64,000 nt of DNA, taken from contig OZ244999.1 in the NCBI GenBank assembly GCA_965223265.1, forward strand, positions 2,372,957 to 2,436,956, read 5' to 3'. How positions within the stretch are numbered: position 1 is the stretch's first letter; each line of letters starts with the position of its first letter. This document shows positions 36,918 through 46,956 of this stretch, in pieces. The notes below the pieces were generated by a model. That model searched no databases. It was not told the DNA's origin and saw only the letters and a program-made list of their open reading frames with translations. A program made the translations under genes and the position numbers. This DNA is from Planctomycetota bacterium. Its GTDB lineage: Bacteria > Planctomycetota > UBA8108 > SXIK01.

Positions 36918-38315
36918 CTACGCGATGATGCCGCGCACCACTTCGCCGTAGACGTCCGTGAGGCGAAAGTCTCGCCCGGCATAGCGATACGTCAGGCGCT
37001 CGTGATCGATTCCGAGTAGGTGCAGGATCGTGGCGTGGAGATCGTGGACGTGCACTTTCTTCTGCACTGCCGCGAAGCCGAAGTCGTCGGTCTCGCCATA
37101 GGTCATGCCGCCGCGTACACCGCCTCCTGCCATCCACATAGTGAATCCCCAGTGGTTGTGGTCACGCCCGTTGCCATTTTCGGAGACTGGTGTGCGACCA
37201 AACTCGCCTCCCCACATGACCAGCGTCTCCTCGAGCAGCCCGCGTTCCTTCAGATCGTTCAGCAGTGCAGCCATCGGTCGATCGATGTCGCGCGCGAGCT
37301 TACGCACGCGGGCGTTGTGGTCATTGTGCGTATCCCACGGCTGACCGTCGCCGTAGTAGAGCTGAGTGAAGCGAACGCCACGCTCGGCGAGGCGGCGCGC
37401 TAAGAGACAGCCGTTCGCGAAGTGGCCTGTGCCATAACGCGCTCGCACTTCCGCGGGCTCGCGCGCGATGTCGAAAGCTTCGCTGGCTTCGAACTGCATG
37501 CGGAATGCTGTTTCCATCGCTTCGATTCGCGCGCTGAGAGCATCGTCTTGACCGCGCTGCGCGAGGTGCTCTTGATTGATCGCTTGCAGCAGATCAAGTT
37601 GCCGTCGCTGCTCCTGTCGATCGAGCGTCGGATTGCGAAGAAACGGCACGAGCTTTTCGGGAGCGAGTTTCGAATGGTTGATATAGGTGCCTTGATGCCG
37701 CCGCGGTAGAAACGAGCTTGTCCACAGGAGGGGAAACTCGACCGGTCTGCCTGGGCAGAGTGCCACGAACCCGGGCAGATCTCGATTCTCGGTGCCGAGC
37801 CCATAGGAGAGCCAGGAACCCATTGACGGCGCAGTCGGCGCGATGGTGCCGTTGTTGATCAAGAACATCGCGGGGTTGTGATTCGGATTGTCGCTGTGAC
37901 AAGAGCGAATGACGCAGACGTCATCGATGCACTTGGCGAACTCCGGCAATAGCTCCGAGACTTCGAGGCTGCTTTCGCCGTGCCGTGCATAGGCAAACGG
38001 CGATGGCAAAAGTCCGCCGGTGACGCGTTCGGTGCGCAGGTCAGCGCCGGGCGGCCGCTTGCCGGCGTACTTCTTGAGCGCTGGCTTGGGATCGAGGAAG
38101 TCCGCCTGAAACGGACCACCGTTCATGAACAGGTGGATGACGCGTTTGGCGCGCGGAGCGAAGTGCGGCCCTGGCGTTCCGGTAGTGACGGCGCCGCTAA
38201 GAATGTCGTCGCCGAAGGCCGCAGCGATTCCGAGAGCTGCAGTGCTACCTCCGAGTCGTTGGATGAGCTCGCGTCGAGAAAGAGCTCGAACACTACGCTG
38301 CGCTGGATCCGTCAT
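36918..38315 (-). CDS. DUF1501 family protein (Tat signal), second copy
   Basis: SRRELIQRLGGSTAALGIAAA. Alignable to the 34147-35649 protein. Confidence 0.75.
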   Translation of the reverse strand: MTDPAQRSVRALSRRELIQRLGGSTAALGIAAAFGDDILSGAVTTGTPGPHFAPRAKRVIHLFMNGGPFQADFLDPKPALKKYAGKRPPGADLRTERVTGGLLPSPFAYARHGESSLEVSELLPEFAKCIDDVCVIRSCHSDNPNHNPAMFLINNGTIAPTAPSMGSWLSYGLGTENRDLPGFVALCPGRPVEFPLLWTSSFLPRRHQGTYINHSKLAPEKLVPFLRNPTLDRQEQRRQLDLLQAINQEHLAQRGQDDALSARIEAMETAFRMQFEASEAFDIAREPAEVRARYGTGHFANGCLLARRLAERGVRFTQLYYGDGQPWDTHNDHNARVRKLARDIDRPMAALLNDLKERGLLEETLVMWGGEFGRTPVSENGNGRDHNHWGFTMWMAGGGVRGGMTYGETDDFGFAAVQKKVHVHDLHATILHLLGIDHERLTYRYAGRDFRLTDVYGEVVRGIIA

Positions 38316-38390
38316 GAGACTCTTTGCATCCTGTGATCGTTCGCTGCGCCGTTGATGGGCGGTGGTGTTTGAAACGCCCTCATGATCGAC

Positions 38391-40898
38391 TCAGTCGACA
38401 AATGCGAACTCGTTGCTTGCCAGCAAAGCCTGCAGATACTGCTGCCATGTTGTAGAGACTTCTGCTGCGTGTTGAGACCCAGTACGATTCTCGGCGCCGA
38501 CGAAAACCCGTGCCAGGCGAATCTGCTGGGCTGTTGCGCGTCGCCCGAAGAGCCACAAGTACACCTGGCGTACCTTCTCGTCCGTCGTGGGAAGGCCGCG
38601 ACGCGTGAGGCGGTCGTGGAGGTGACGAGCATGGGAGCGAATGAAGGGGCTGTTGAGGACGAACAGCTGCTGAACCGGTGTTGTCGTCGGTTCGCGGCGC
38701 GGGCTGTGGCCGGCGGGATCGGGAAAGTCGTGTAGCCGTAACATCGTGTCGAGCTCGCGTCGGTCGATCAAACCGTATAGGGTGCGGCGGCGATTCTCGT
38801 CGGTGCTGAGCGCTTTCGGGGCGCCGCCGACCTGGAGATCAAGGCGACCGCTGGCGGCGAGTGCGGCGTCGCGCCACGACTCGAACTCGAGGCGGCGACG
38901 ATTCATTCGCCAGAGCAGGCGATTCTCTGGATCGATTGCGAAGCTGTCGGAATGCATCCGGCTCGATTGCTGATAGGTCGCCGACAGCATGATCGTTCGG
39001 TGAAGCCATTTTAGGGACCAACCGCTGGCGATGAAGCGCGCTGCGAGATGGTCCAGAAGCTCGGGATGCGACGGCCGCGACCCCTGGGTGCCAAAATTGC
39101 TTGTTGTGGCGACGATGCCGCGGCCGAAGTGTTCGCCCCAGATGCGGTTGACGATCACCCGCGCCGTCAGCGGGGCGGCATCGTCGACGATCGCGTCGGC
39201 AAGCTCTCGGCGGCCGCTGCCTTGTGTGAAGCTGCGGCGGGGTCCTGTCGAGAGCACCGAAATGAAACCGCGCGGCACCGTCTCGCCGAGCTTCGTTGGG
39301 TCGCCGCGCAGGTGGACGCGCAGGTCTCGAGGTTCGCCCTTGCGATACTCGATCTTCGTTCGGTTGGGGCCGTTGGCGAGGACGTGAATGCTCGACTCTT
39401 CGACCGCCGCTGCGAGCGGCAGGTCATAGTCTGCTACGGAGCGTTTCGCCGCATCGATTTCTGCGTTGATTTCGCGCCGGCGCTTCTCCTCCGACTCGCT
39501 GCGCGCTTTCTTCTCCTGAAGGCCTTGGCGCTCTTTGGTGAGTCGCGCAACGGTTTCGCGTGCTGCTTGGATCGGTTGCCAGCGCTCGTCCGAGACGATG
39601 GGGCGATCTTTCATCCGCGTGCTGGCAACGACGCCAGCGAGCGCGTAGTAGTCGGTCGTCTTGATCGGATCGAACTTGTGGTCGTGACAACGGGCGCACG
39701 CTAGTGTTAGCCCGAGAAACGTGCGACCGATCGTGTCGACGCGTTCCTCCCACTCTTCGGCGACAACGCCTTTGACGAGCGAGTTGTCGAGTTTGAGCTC
39801 CTTCCAGTATGTGGGGCTCAGGCCCAGGAGGCCGAGTGCGGGGTGGTCCTCCGGTCCGGTGCTCGGTAGAAGGTCGGTCGCAAGCTGTCGTGTGATGAAC
39901 TCGTCGTAAGGCACATCGGCGTTGAAAGCACTGACGACCCAGTCGCGGTAGAGCCACGGCGACGCCTGGCTACCGTCCCAGCCTGCCAAGCGATCTGTGT
40001 AGCGGGCCTTGTCCAGCCAAAAGCGCGCCCAGCGTTCACCATACTGATTCGTGGCCAGAAGACGATCGATCAGGCGTGTGTAAGCGTCGGGGGACTCGTC
40101 GCTGACGAACGCGGCGACATCTTCGGGAGTTGGCGGTAGACCGATGAGGTCGAACGTCGCGCGTCTTAGGAGCGAGGCGCGATCCGCCCTCGGGGAAGGC
40201 TTGAGGCCGGCAGCTTCAAGCTTGGCGAGAATAAACGTGTCGATGGGGTCGGCCACCGCGTCGATGTTTTGTACCGTCGGCGACGAGGCGCGGATGAGTG
40301 GACGCATCGACCAAAAGTCTCGCCCCTCTTCGATCGACATTCCTGCTAGCGGAGCTGACCCGGAGAGCTCGCGCTCGCGTGGATCTGGAAGGCCAAGCTT
40401 CACCCACTTCTTGATGAGAGCGACATCGTTCTCGGAGAGCTTTCCAGACGGCGGCATTTGGAGATCCGCGTCTTCGTAGCTGACCGCTGCGACGAGCAGG
40501 CTCTGGTCGGGGGAGCCGGGTAGGACGGCGGGTCCGCGACTGCCCCCCTCGAGAAGACCAGCGCGATGATCGAGCTGCAGCCCGCCGCGCGATTTCTTCG
40601 CGCTGGCCGAGTGGCAGCCGTAGCAGTGCTCGACCAGTAGCGGGCGAATGTCGGACTCAAAGAACTCGAGCTGCTCAGCGCCGAACTCAGGGGAGGCGGC
40701 GGTCGCGGGCGCCCTAACCATGAGCGAACCGGCGCTGGTGAGGAGTGCGGCGACGGCGCAGATGCCGCTGAGACTCGCTGGCCTGGCTAAACGCCGCTGG
40801 CCGCTTGGGGGTCTGGTCGTTCGGGGCCAGACGGTTCGCGCGAGAAGTGTCATGTGCTCCTGAAGCAAAGTGGACTGTGTCTTCGTCCGTCCCATCAT
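38391..40898 (-). CDS. PSCyt1/DUF1549/DUF1553 (planctomycete cytochrome-c-domain) protein
   Basis: N-terminal CYGCHS heme-binding motif. Large 835-aa protein adjacent to DUF1501, the canonical pairing. Confidence 0.75.
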   Translation of the reverse strand: MMGRTKTQSTLLQEHMTLLARTVWPRTTRPPSGQRRLARPASLSGICAVAALLTSAGSLMVRAPATAASPEFGAEQLEFFESDIRPLLVEHCYGCHSASAKKSRGGLQLDHRAGLLEGGSRGPAVLPGSPDQSLLVAAVSYEDADLQMPPSGKLSENDVALIKKWVKLGLPDPRERELSGSAPLAGMSIEEGRDFWSMRPLIRASSPTVQNIDAVADPIDTFILAKLEAAGLKPSPRADRASLLRRATFDLIGLPPTPEDVAAFVSDESPDAYTRLIDRLLATNQYGERWARFWLDKARYTDRLAGWDGSQASPWLYRDWVVSAFNADVPYDEFITRQLATDLLPSTGPEDHPALGLLGLSPTYWKELKLDNSLVKGVVAEEWEERVDTIGRTFLGLTLACARCHDHKFDPIKTTDYYALAGVVASTRMKDRPIVSDERWQPIQAARETVARLTKERQGLQEKKARSESEEKRRREINAEIDAAKRSVADYDLPLAAAVEESSIHVLANGPNRTKIEYRKGEPRDLRVHLRGDPTKLGETVPRGFISVLSTGPRRSFTQGSGRRELADAIVDDAAPLTARVIVNRIWGEHFGRGIVATTSNFGTQGSRPSHPELLDHLAARFIASGWSLKWLHRTIMLSATYQQSSRMHSDSFAIDPENRLLWRMNRRRLEFESWRDAALAASGRLDLQVGGAPKALSTDENRRRTLYGLIDRRELDTMLRLHDFPDPAGHSPRREPTTTPVQQLFVLNSPFIRSHARHLHDRLTRRGLPTTDEKVRQVYLWLFGRRATAQQIRLARVFVGAENRTGSQHAAEVSTTWQQYLQALLASNEFAFVD

Positions 40899-41103
40899 GG
40901 ACGGACGTCACGGCCGCTTCAAGAGCGAACACGGGCTCTTCAGGAGCGACGGGGCGCTCGCGGAAAGCTGGTTGCCGACAGATCGCGACAAGCAAGGCGC
41001 GCCCAGCGCAAGGTGGGCACAGTCGAGATGCAAACGAGCGCGCTGTTTTGAGAGCAGCGCGCTCGCGTGGTTTAAACTTGAAACTAACTCAGAAGGATCG
41101 TGG

Positions 41104-41736
41104 TTACGACTTGGGCAGGGCCTTGCGGCGACGGCGCAGACCCAGGCCGACCGCCGCGGCGCCAAATCCCAAGAGCAGCATCGATCCTGGCTCCGGAGTC
41201 GACAAGCCGCCGCCACCGCCGAGCGGGGCGTATTCGTACTTGAAGTTGTCGATCGAAAACGTCGAGCCGTGGTTATGGATCAGCACGTAACCGATCTTCT
41301 CGTTCGATTCCCAGCCGAGAAACCCTTCGCCCATGACGCCGATGCCGTCGTCTTCGGAGTCGTACAACTTGACGCCGTTTTCGTCGAAGACTTCGAGGTA
41401 GACGTCGCTGACGTTGACGTTGTAGTCGAAGCCGATGCGGTTAGCATCGACACCGCTAAGGTCAACCTTGATCGTGCCCGTGACACCGACCACCGCAATT
41501 GGCTGCAGGCTGTCGCTGCCGTCGTTGAGCACGTGGAGAATGGAGCCGTTGACGGCCTCAAACGTCACCGATCCCGATCCGAACGAGGCGTAGAGCCCGA
41601 GACTGATGTCTTCGAAGTTGATCGTTGTGGCTCCAGCGAAACTGCTATCGTCGTACAGCAATCCGGCATGGGCTTTCGGCGCCGAGAAAGCAAGTGCTAG
41701 AAGCGTTGCACAAGCACAAAAAGAAAGGCGGTTCAT
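41104..41736 (-). CDS. PEP-CTERM-anchored small secreted protein
   Basis: Signal peptide. C-terminal STPEPGSMLLLGFGAAAVGLGLRRRRKA. Confidence 0.8.
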   Translation of the reverse strand: MNRLSFCACATLLALAFSAPKAHAGLLYDDSSFAGATTINFEDISLGLYASFGSGSVTFEAVNGSILHVLNDGSDSLQPIAVVGVTGTIKVDLSGVDANRIGFDYNVNVSDVYLEVFDENGVKLYDSEDDGIGVMGEGFLGWESNEKIGYVLIHNHGSTFSIDNFKYEYAPLGGGGGLSTPEPGSMLLLGFGAAAVGLGLRRRRKALPKS

Positions 41737-42163
41737 GGCTGCCTCCTGAAGTTCCTTACGCGTCACTCACGTCAATATCGTTTGAGCTTCTGACCCCGTA
41801 GAACCCCCTGCGGGTTCTCCAACCAACGCCGTTAGGCTATCAAAACCCGACAAGATTGCTACTCAAAAAACCTACCGCGCGCCGACTTTTTCCAGAAAGA
41901 GGGCGAGGAGTGAACAAAGACCAAACAAATGAGCACCGCGGCGCCCGCCGGGTTCCAGCGTGGCGCGTTGTTGTCAAGTTTGACCGCAGCAACGATATAA
42001 CGTCTCGGATGGATCTCGAGCGCGCGCCTTCGTCCGGATGGCGCGAAGCGCGTCGAGGGCAGCTCGAAGAGCCATCCCCATTGACGACCGATTCGGGCAT
42101 GATGAAGGTCGGGCCGACAAGGACTCAGACCGATTCAAGTCAGGAGAAAGCATCATGCACCGT

Positions 42164-43381
42164 CGTCAGTTTCTCAGATCGGCTGCGCTCGCTGTCGCCG
42201 GCGCGCCTGTGTGGATGGCGTCGTTCCCCAGTCGCTTGTGGGCCAAAATCCCCAAAATTAAGATCACCGGGCTCAAGACTCTGATCGTCGAGGATGAGGT
42301 CTACTTGAAGATCTTCACCGACCAGGGCGTCGTCGGCGAAGGACACGCGACCGTGCACAGAAAGTCGCGGACGTGCGAGACTGCGGTCCAGGATCTGGAA
42401 CGGGTGATCGTTGGAGAGGATCCGACGCGGATCGAGTTTCTCTGGCAAGCGATGTACCGTTGGCCTCGTTGGCGAGGCGGGCCGGTTCTGAACGCAGCGA
42501 TCAGCGGCGTCGACCTGGCGCTGTGGGACATTCTCGGCAAGCTGCTCGATGCGCCGATCTGGCGACTGCTCGGAGGTGCAGCCCGCCAGCGTGTTCGGCT
42601 TTACATCCATGGTAGCGGCCGTCAGGGGGTGCGCCGCGCGAAGGAGCTCGGTTACACCGCCATCAAAACGTCGCCCTACGTCATCGATGAGATTGACGGC
42701 CGGCGCACGATCAAGCGGCCGTGGAATTTGAAGCGGGCTGTGAAAATCATCGAGGAGATGCGCGACGAGGCCGGCGATGACTTTGACATTCTGGTCGATG
42801 CGCATGGGCTCCTGACTCCCGTGATGGCGCTCGAGTTCGCGAAAGCGATTGAGCCCTTCCGGATCATGTTTCTTGAGGAGCCGATTCAGCTCGAAGGTAA
42901 TGACGCCCTCGAATGGCTCGGCAGGCAAACGACCGTGCCGCTTGCCACCGGCGAGCGCCACACAACGAAGTGGATGTTCGAGGATCTCATCAGTCGTCAC
43001 CTCGTCAGTTACGTGCAGCCTGACGTGATCCAGTGTGGCGGCATCACCGAAATCAAGAAGATCGCCGCCATGGCCGAAGCCCAGTTCATCGAGGTGGCGC
43101 CGCACTGTCCTGGCAACTTTTCGACCGGTCTGGGCTTGGCGTCGCTCCACGTCAGTGGGTCGTCGCCGAGCTGTGTGATTCAGGAGTCGCAGCCGAACCC
43201 GACAGGTGCGCGCCTGGATCTCTTCAGCGGCCGGACCGTGAAGATCACCGATGGCTACGCCGAGCTGCCGCCGTGGCCCGGTTTGGGGCTCAAGCTCGAC
43301 GAGAATGTAGCGAAGAAGTTTCCGGCGCAGAACCCCAATCCGAAGGTTTACTTTGAAGATGGATCAGTAGCGGACTATTGA
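42164..43381 (+). CDS. Enolase-superfamily enzyme (mandelate racemase/galactonate dehydratase-like) with Tat-type N-terminus
   Basis: RBS AGGAGA. MHRRQFLRSAALAVAGAPVWMA. Metal ligands in DILVDAHG…FLEEP…DVIQCGG context. Confidence 0.7.
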   Translation, partial: RQFLRSAALAVAGAPVWMASFPSRLWAKIPKIKITGLKTLIVEDEVYLKIFTDQGVVGEGHATVHRKSRTCETAVQDLERVIVGEDPTRIEFLWQAMYRWPRWRGGPVLNAAISGVDLALWDILGKLLDAPIWRLLGGAARQRVRLYIHGSGRQGVRRAKELGYTAIKTSPYVIDEIDGRRTIKRPWNLKRAVKIIEEMRDEAGDDFDILVDAHGLLTPVMALEFAKAIEPFRIMFLEEPIQLEGNDALEWLGRQTTVPLATGERHTTKWMFEDLISRHLVSYVQPDVIQCGGITEIKKIAAMAEAQFIEVAPHCPGNFSTGLGLASLHVSGSSPSCVIQESQPNPTGARLDLFSGRTVKITDGYAELPPWPGLGLKLDENVAKKFPAQNPNPKVYFEDGSVADY

Positions 43382-43439
43382 GTGGTGGCGAACTCTTGAC
43401 CGACTCACGCCGCGGGGCTGAGTGTTTTTTAAAACGTGC

Positions 43440-43720
43440 CGTCGCAGCTCACGGTCACGGTCCACGGTCAGTTCACGTCCGGAACGGCACACGGGCTGCC
43501 GGAACCGCACTCAACTTACCCGGCGAGCACGATCTTCAAAAGGGTACAGCCGTGTGCCTGCTACTATAAAGACGTCGCCAACACGATCTTCAAAGTAGTA
43601 GGCACACTCCCGTGTGCCGTTTCGGCATTGAGCGCCAAGCGTGACCGTGAGTTACGCTGGAGCGCTCCAAGAAGTTCACAGCCTCGCCGTGTGCCGTTCC
43701 GGAGGTGAGCGTGAGCTTCG
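43440..43720. repeat. Cluster of REP-like palindromic units (core GGCACAC-N5-GTGTGCC)
   Basis: Four CGTGTGCC occurrences in both orientations. ACGATCTTCAAA occurs twice. A related copy lies at 55150-55260. Confidence 0.7.
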
Positions 43721-43959
43721 ACGGCCCGCTCAAAACTCACAACCTCGGCATGTGTTCGCTTGGGCGCTCGGCGGCGATTGGCACGGTTCCGTCTTGATCG
43801 ACTCTGCTTTGCGGTTAAGTTGTGGCAGGTTGCGGCCGATTCCATCGTCGCTGTCTGCACCGTCCGGTGAGCGTCGGGTGATCTCGCCATCCTGCCATTT
43901 TCGAGCACCGTCGGCCGCAGAGATTCCGTCGGCCCCAAGGAAGAGCTAGCCAAAACAAC

Positions 43960-45081
43960 ATGTTTGCGGATCAACTCGGAACACTCGCAGGAAAGTCGAT
44001 TTTCGTTACCGGACATACTGGGTTCAAGGGGTCGTGGCTGTGTCTTTGGCTCTCGAAGCTCGGAGCTCGGGTGACTGGGTATGCACTCGAGCCGCCAACG
44101 CAGCCGAACCATTTCACCGAAGCCAACCTCGTCGAGTTGCTCGAGAATCACCACATCGCCGACCTGCGCGATCTACCGACACTACAGGCCGCAATCGAGG
44201 CCGCGAAGCCCGACGTCATCTTGCACCTCGCGGCGCAGTCGGTGGTTCGTACCGGCTTCGAGATCCCACGCGAGACGTTCGAAGTCAACACGATCGGAAC
44301 TGTGAACGTCCTCGAGGCGGTTCGGGTGCTCGGTCATGCCTGCGCGATCGTCTGCATCACGAGCGACAAGTGCTACGAGAACGTCGAGCAGGTGTGGGGC
44401 TATCGAGAGATCGATGCCATGGGCGAACACGATCCCTATGGCGGCAGTAAGGGGGCTGCCGAGCTCGCGATTCGATCCTACCGGCACTCGTTCTTTCACC
44501 CGGAGGCGCTCCCCAAGCACGGTGTCAAGCTCGCTAGTGCGCGCGCCGGCAACGTCATCGGCGGCGGCGATTGGACGAAGGACGCGCTGATCCCCGACAT
44601 CGTCGCGGCGGTCATTGAGGGGAAGCCGATTCAGATCCGCTACCCGAGTGCTCTGAGGCCGTGGCAACACGTCCTCCAGGCGCTGAGTGGCTACTTGGTC
44701 CTCGCCGCGAAACTGCTCACAACGGATGACAAACGCTTCATGGATGGCTTCAACTTCGGGCCGCTACCGGGAAATGAGATCCCAGTGCGGGATGTCGTCG
44801 ATGAATTCTGCCGAGAGTGGGGCAGTGGGACTTGGGAAGCGGAGTCGAACGTCGACCATCCGCACGAGTCGCAGGTGTTGCGCTTGGCCGTCGATAAAGC
44901 GTTGTGGACTCTCGGGTGGAAACCCGGGTGGCCGGTGCGCGAGTCGCTCCGCCAGACAGCGAGCTGGTTTAAACAGTGGAACGAGGGTGACGCCGACATG
45001 CGTTCCGTCGGCCGGTCGCAGATCGAGAGCTACGAGACGTTCGTCGACCGGATCGACGATGTGACGCGGCAACCTGTTTGA
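43960..45081 (+). CDS. rfbG: CDP-glucose 4,6-dehydratase (NAD-dependent epimerase/dehydratase family)
   Basis: VTGHTGFKGSWLCLWL Rossmann motif typical of RfbG/DdhB. 373 aa. Confidence 0.7.
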   Translation: MFADQLGTLAGKSIFVTGHTGFKGSWLCLWLSKLGARVTGYALEPPTQPNHFTEANLVELLENHHIADLRDLPTLQAAIEAAKPDVILHLAAQSVVRTGFEIPRETFEVNTIGTVNVLEAVRVLGHACAIVCITSDKCYENVEQVWGYREIDAMGEHDPYGGSKGAAELAIRSYRHSFFHPEALPKHGVKLASARAGNVIGGGDWTKDALIPDIVAAVIEGKPIQIRYPSALRPWQHVLQALSGYLVLAAKLLTTDDKRFMDGFNFGPLPGNEIPVRDVVDEFCREWGSGTWEAESNVDHPHESQVLRLAVDKALWTLGWKPGWPVRESLRQTASWFKQWNEGDADMRSVGRSQIESYETFVDRIDDVTRQPV

Positions 45082-45397
45082 AGGGCCCGTGCCGCGCGAG
45101 CTCGGTCCACAGGCGCGCGCGCGTTGTTCGATCGGAGAACCGCGCTGTGGAGGGCCGTCCCCAGGGCGACGTTTACCGGACGACCGGGGTTTTCAGGCGG
45201 CGAAGGAGCGTAGATATGTGCGCTCGGGCGCGGAATCGAGTAACATGACCGCGCGTCGCGCCGGTGTGCGGAACTTCTCGCACCTCTTCGGCAGGCGCAC
45301 TAACGTGACGCTTCCTTCGCGACGCTCGTTTGCTGGGGAACGCCACAACAGCGCGCGGTAACCTGCCGCAGGTCACATGCCGGAGTGTAGCTGATCC

Positions 45398-46816
45398 ATG
45401 GCACCATCGTCACCGTCCACGGGGTTGCGAGTTTCACAGCGGGCCGGCGTCTCGCGCCGTGCGTTTTTACGCGGGCTCGGTACGACCATGGCGCTGCCGT
45501 TCCTCGAGACGTTCGCGCCGACGTCCGTCCTTGCCGGCGCTGCGGCGCGCGCAGTTCCACCGCCACGCCGTTTGGCATTCCTCTACATTCCCAACGGCGT
45601 GCAGATTCCCGAGTGGACGCCCACGAGCGAAGGGGCGAACTTTTCGCTGCCTTACATTTTGGAACCACTCAAGCCCCTCCGAAAAGAGTTTCTCGTTCTC
45701 ACCGGCCTGACCAATGACAAGGCGCGTGTCAATGGCGACGGGGGCGGTGCCCACGCCCGGTCGTCGGCGGCTTTTCTGACGGCGGCGCAAGCGGTGAAGA
45801 CCAACGGTGCCGGGATTCGTCTGGGGCGATCGGTCGACCAATTGGTGGCGCAGGTCGTCGGCCACGGGACGCGACTGCCGTCTCTCGAGCTCAGCTGCGA
45901 TCCAGCGAGTCAATCGGGATCGTGCGACTCCGGGTACAGCTGCGCGTACACGAGCAACATCTCATGGCGCACCGAGACGACGCCGATGCCGCGCGAGATC
46001 GACCCGCGCCTTGTGTTCGAGCGGCTTTTTCGCAGCGGAGACGACCGTGAGGACGCTCTCAGTCGTGCCCGGCGCCAGCAGGACCGGCGCAGCATCCTCG
46101 ACTTCGTTTTGGAGCAAGCTCGTGGCGTCGAGCGGCGTGTCAGCGTCGACGACCGGCGGAAACTCGATGAGTACTTCGCGTCGATTCGCGAGATCGAGCG
46201 CCGCATCGACGTGGCAGCGATCCGCGAACCGCGACAGGAGAATGCGTCCTCGCCCGCGGCGGTTCCACCGGCAGGGGTCCCCGACGACTACCGCGAACAC
46301 CTTCGCCTTCTCAGCGACATGATGGTCCTGGCGTTTCAAGGCGATGTGACGCGTGTTGCGACGCTCATGTACGCCAACGCCGGAAGCAATCGAAGCTTCC
46401 GTTTCATCGGTGTGCCGGAAGGGCACCATGAGCTCACCCATCACGGCGGCGACCTGAGGAAGCAGGAGAAGATCGCGGAGATCAACCGTTTTCAAATCGA
46501 GCAGTTCGCGTACTTGCTCGGTCGACTACAGTCGATTCGCGAAGGCGACGAAACGCTTCTGGATCACTGTATGATCATGTACGGCAGCGGCATCAGTGAT
46601 GGAAACAAGCACAACCATGAGGATCTGCCGATCCTCTTGGCTGGACGTGGAGGGGGCACGATCGACCCGGGTCGTCACGTTCGCTACCCGACCGAAACGC
46701 CGCTGAGTAACCTGTACCTTTCGCTGCTGGAGCGCATGCAGGTGCCGGTGGAACATTTCGGCGACAGCACACGCCCGCTCGACGGGCTCACCGCCGGATT
46801 GCCGCGACGATACTAA
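45398..46816 (+). CDS. DUF1552 family protein (Tat signal)
   Basis: SRRAFLRGLGTTMALPFLETFAP hallmark N-terminus. Confidence 0.7.
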   Translation: MAPSSPSTGLRVSQRAGVSRRAFLRGLGTTMALPFLETFAPTSVLAGAAARAVPPPRRLAFLYIPNGVQIPEWTPTSEGANFSLPYILEPLKPLRKEFLVLTGLTNDKARVNGDGGGAHARSSAAFLTAAQAVKTNGAGIRLGRSVDQLVAQVVGHGTRLPSLELSCDPASQSGSCDSGYSCAYTSNISWRTETTPMPREIDPRLVFERLFRSGDDREDALSRARRQQDRRSILDFVLEQARGVERRVSVDDRRKLDEYFASIREIERRIDVAAIREPRQENASSPAAVPPAGVPDDYREHLRLLSDMMVLAFQGDVTRVATLMYANAGSNRSFRFIGVPEGHHELTHHGGDLRKQEKIAEINRFQIEQFAYLLGRLQSIREGDETLLDHCMIMYGSGISDGNKHNHEDLPILLAGRGGGTIDPGRHVRYPTETPLSNLYLSLLERMQVPVEHFGDSTRPLDGLTAGLPRRY

Positions 46817-46956
46817 CTCGGATCTCGCCGGAGGACGACGCGAACTCCACTGCCGTCGGTTCGTTTCATTCGATTTGGCCGCTCGCTGCAAACCCGCGCG
46901 AAGCGCGTCGCTGGATGCTGTGACAGCGCGCCGTCATCAAGTCGCCGAGCTCGAGA

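Noticed and set aside
36352-37137. 261-aa minus-strand ORF
   Set aside because: Arg/Ser-rich low-complexity translation. It overlaps the more protein-like plus-strand ORF 36362-36805 and the 3' end of the DUF1501 gene.
40870-41700. 276-aa plus-strand ORF
   Set aside because: It is antisense to the well-supported PEP-CTERM gene (signal peptide plus sorting signal). It has no motifs. High-GC antisense ORFs are expected.
43430-43800. Possible CRISPR array suggested by repeated CGTGTGCC / ACGATCTTCAAA motifs
   Set aside because: Repeats occur in both orientations with irregular spacing. They are imperfect and there are no unique spacers of uniform length and no cas genes. The pattern is better explained as REP-like units.
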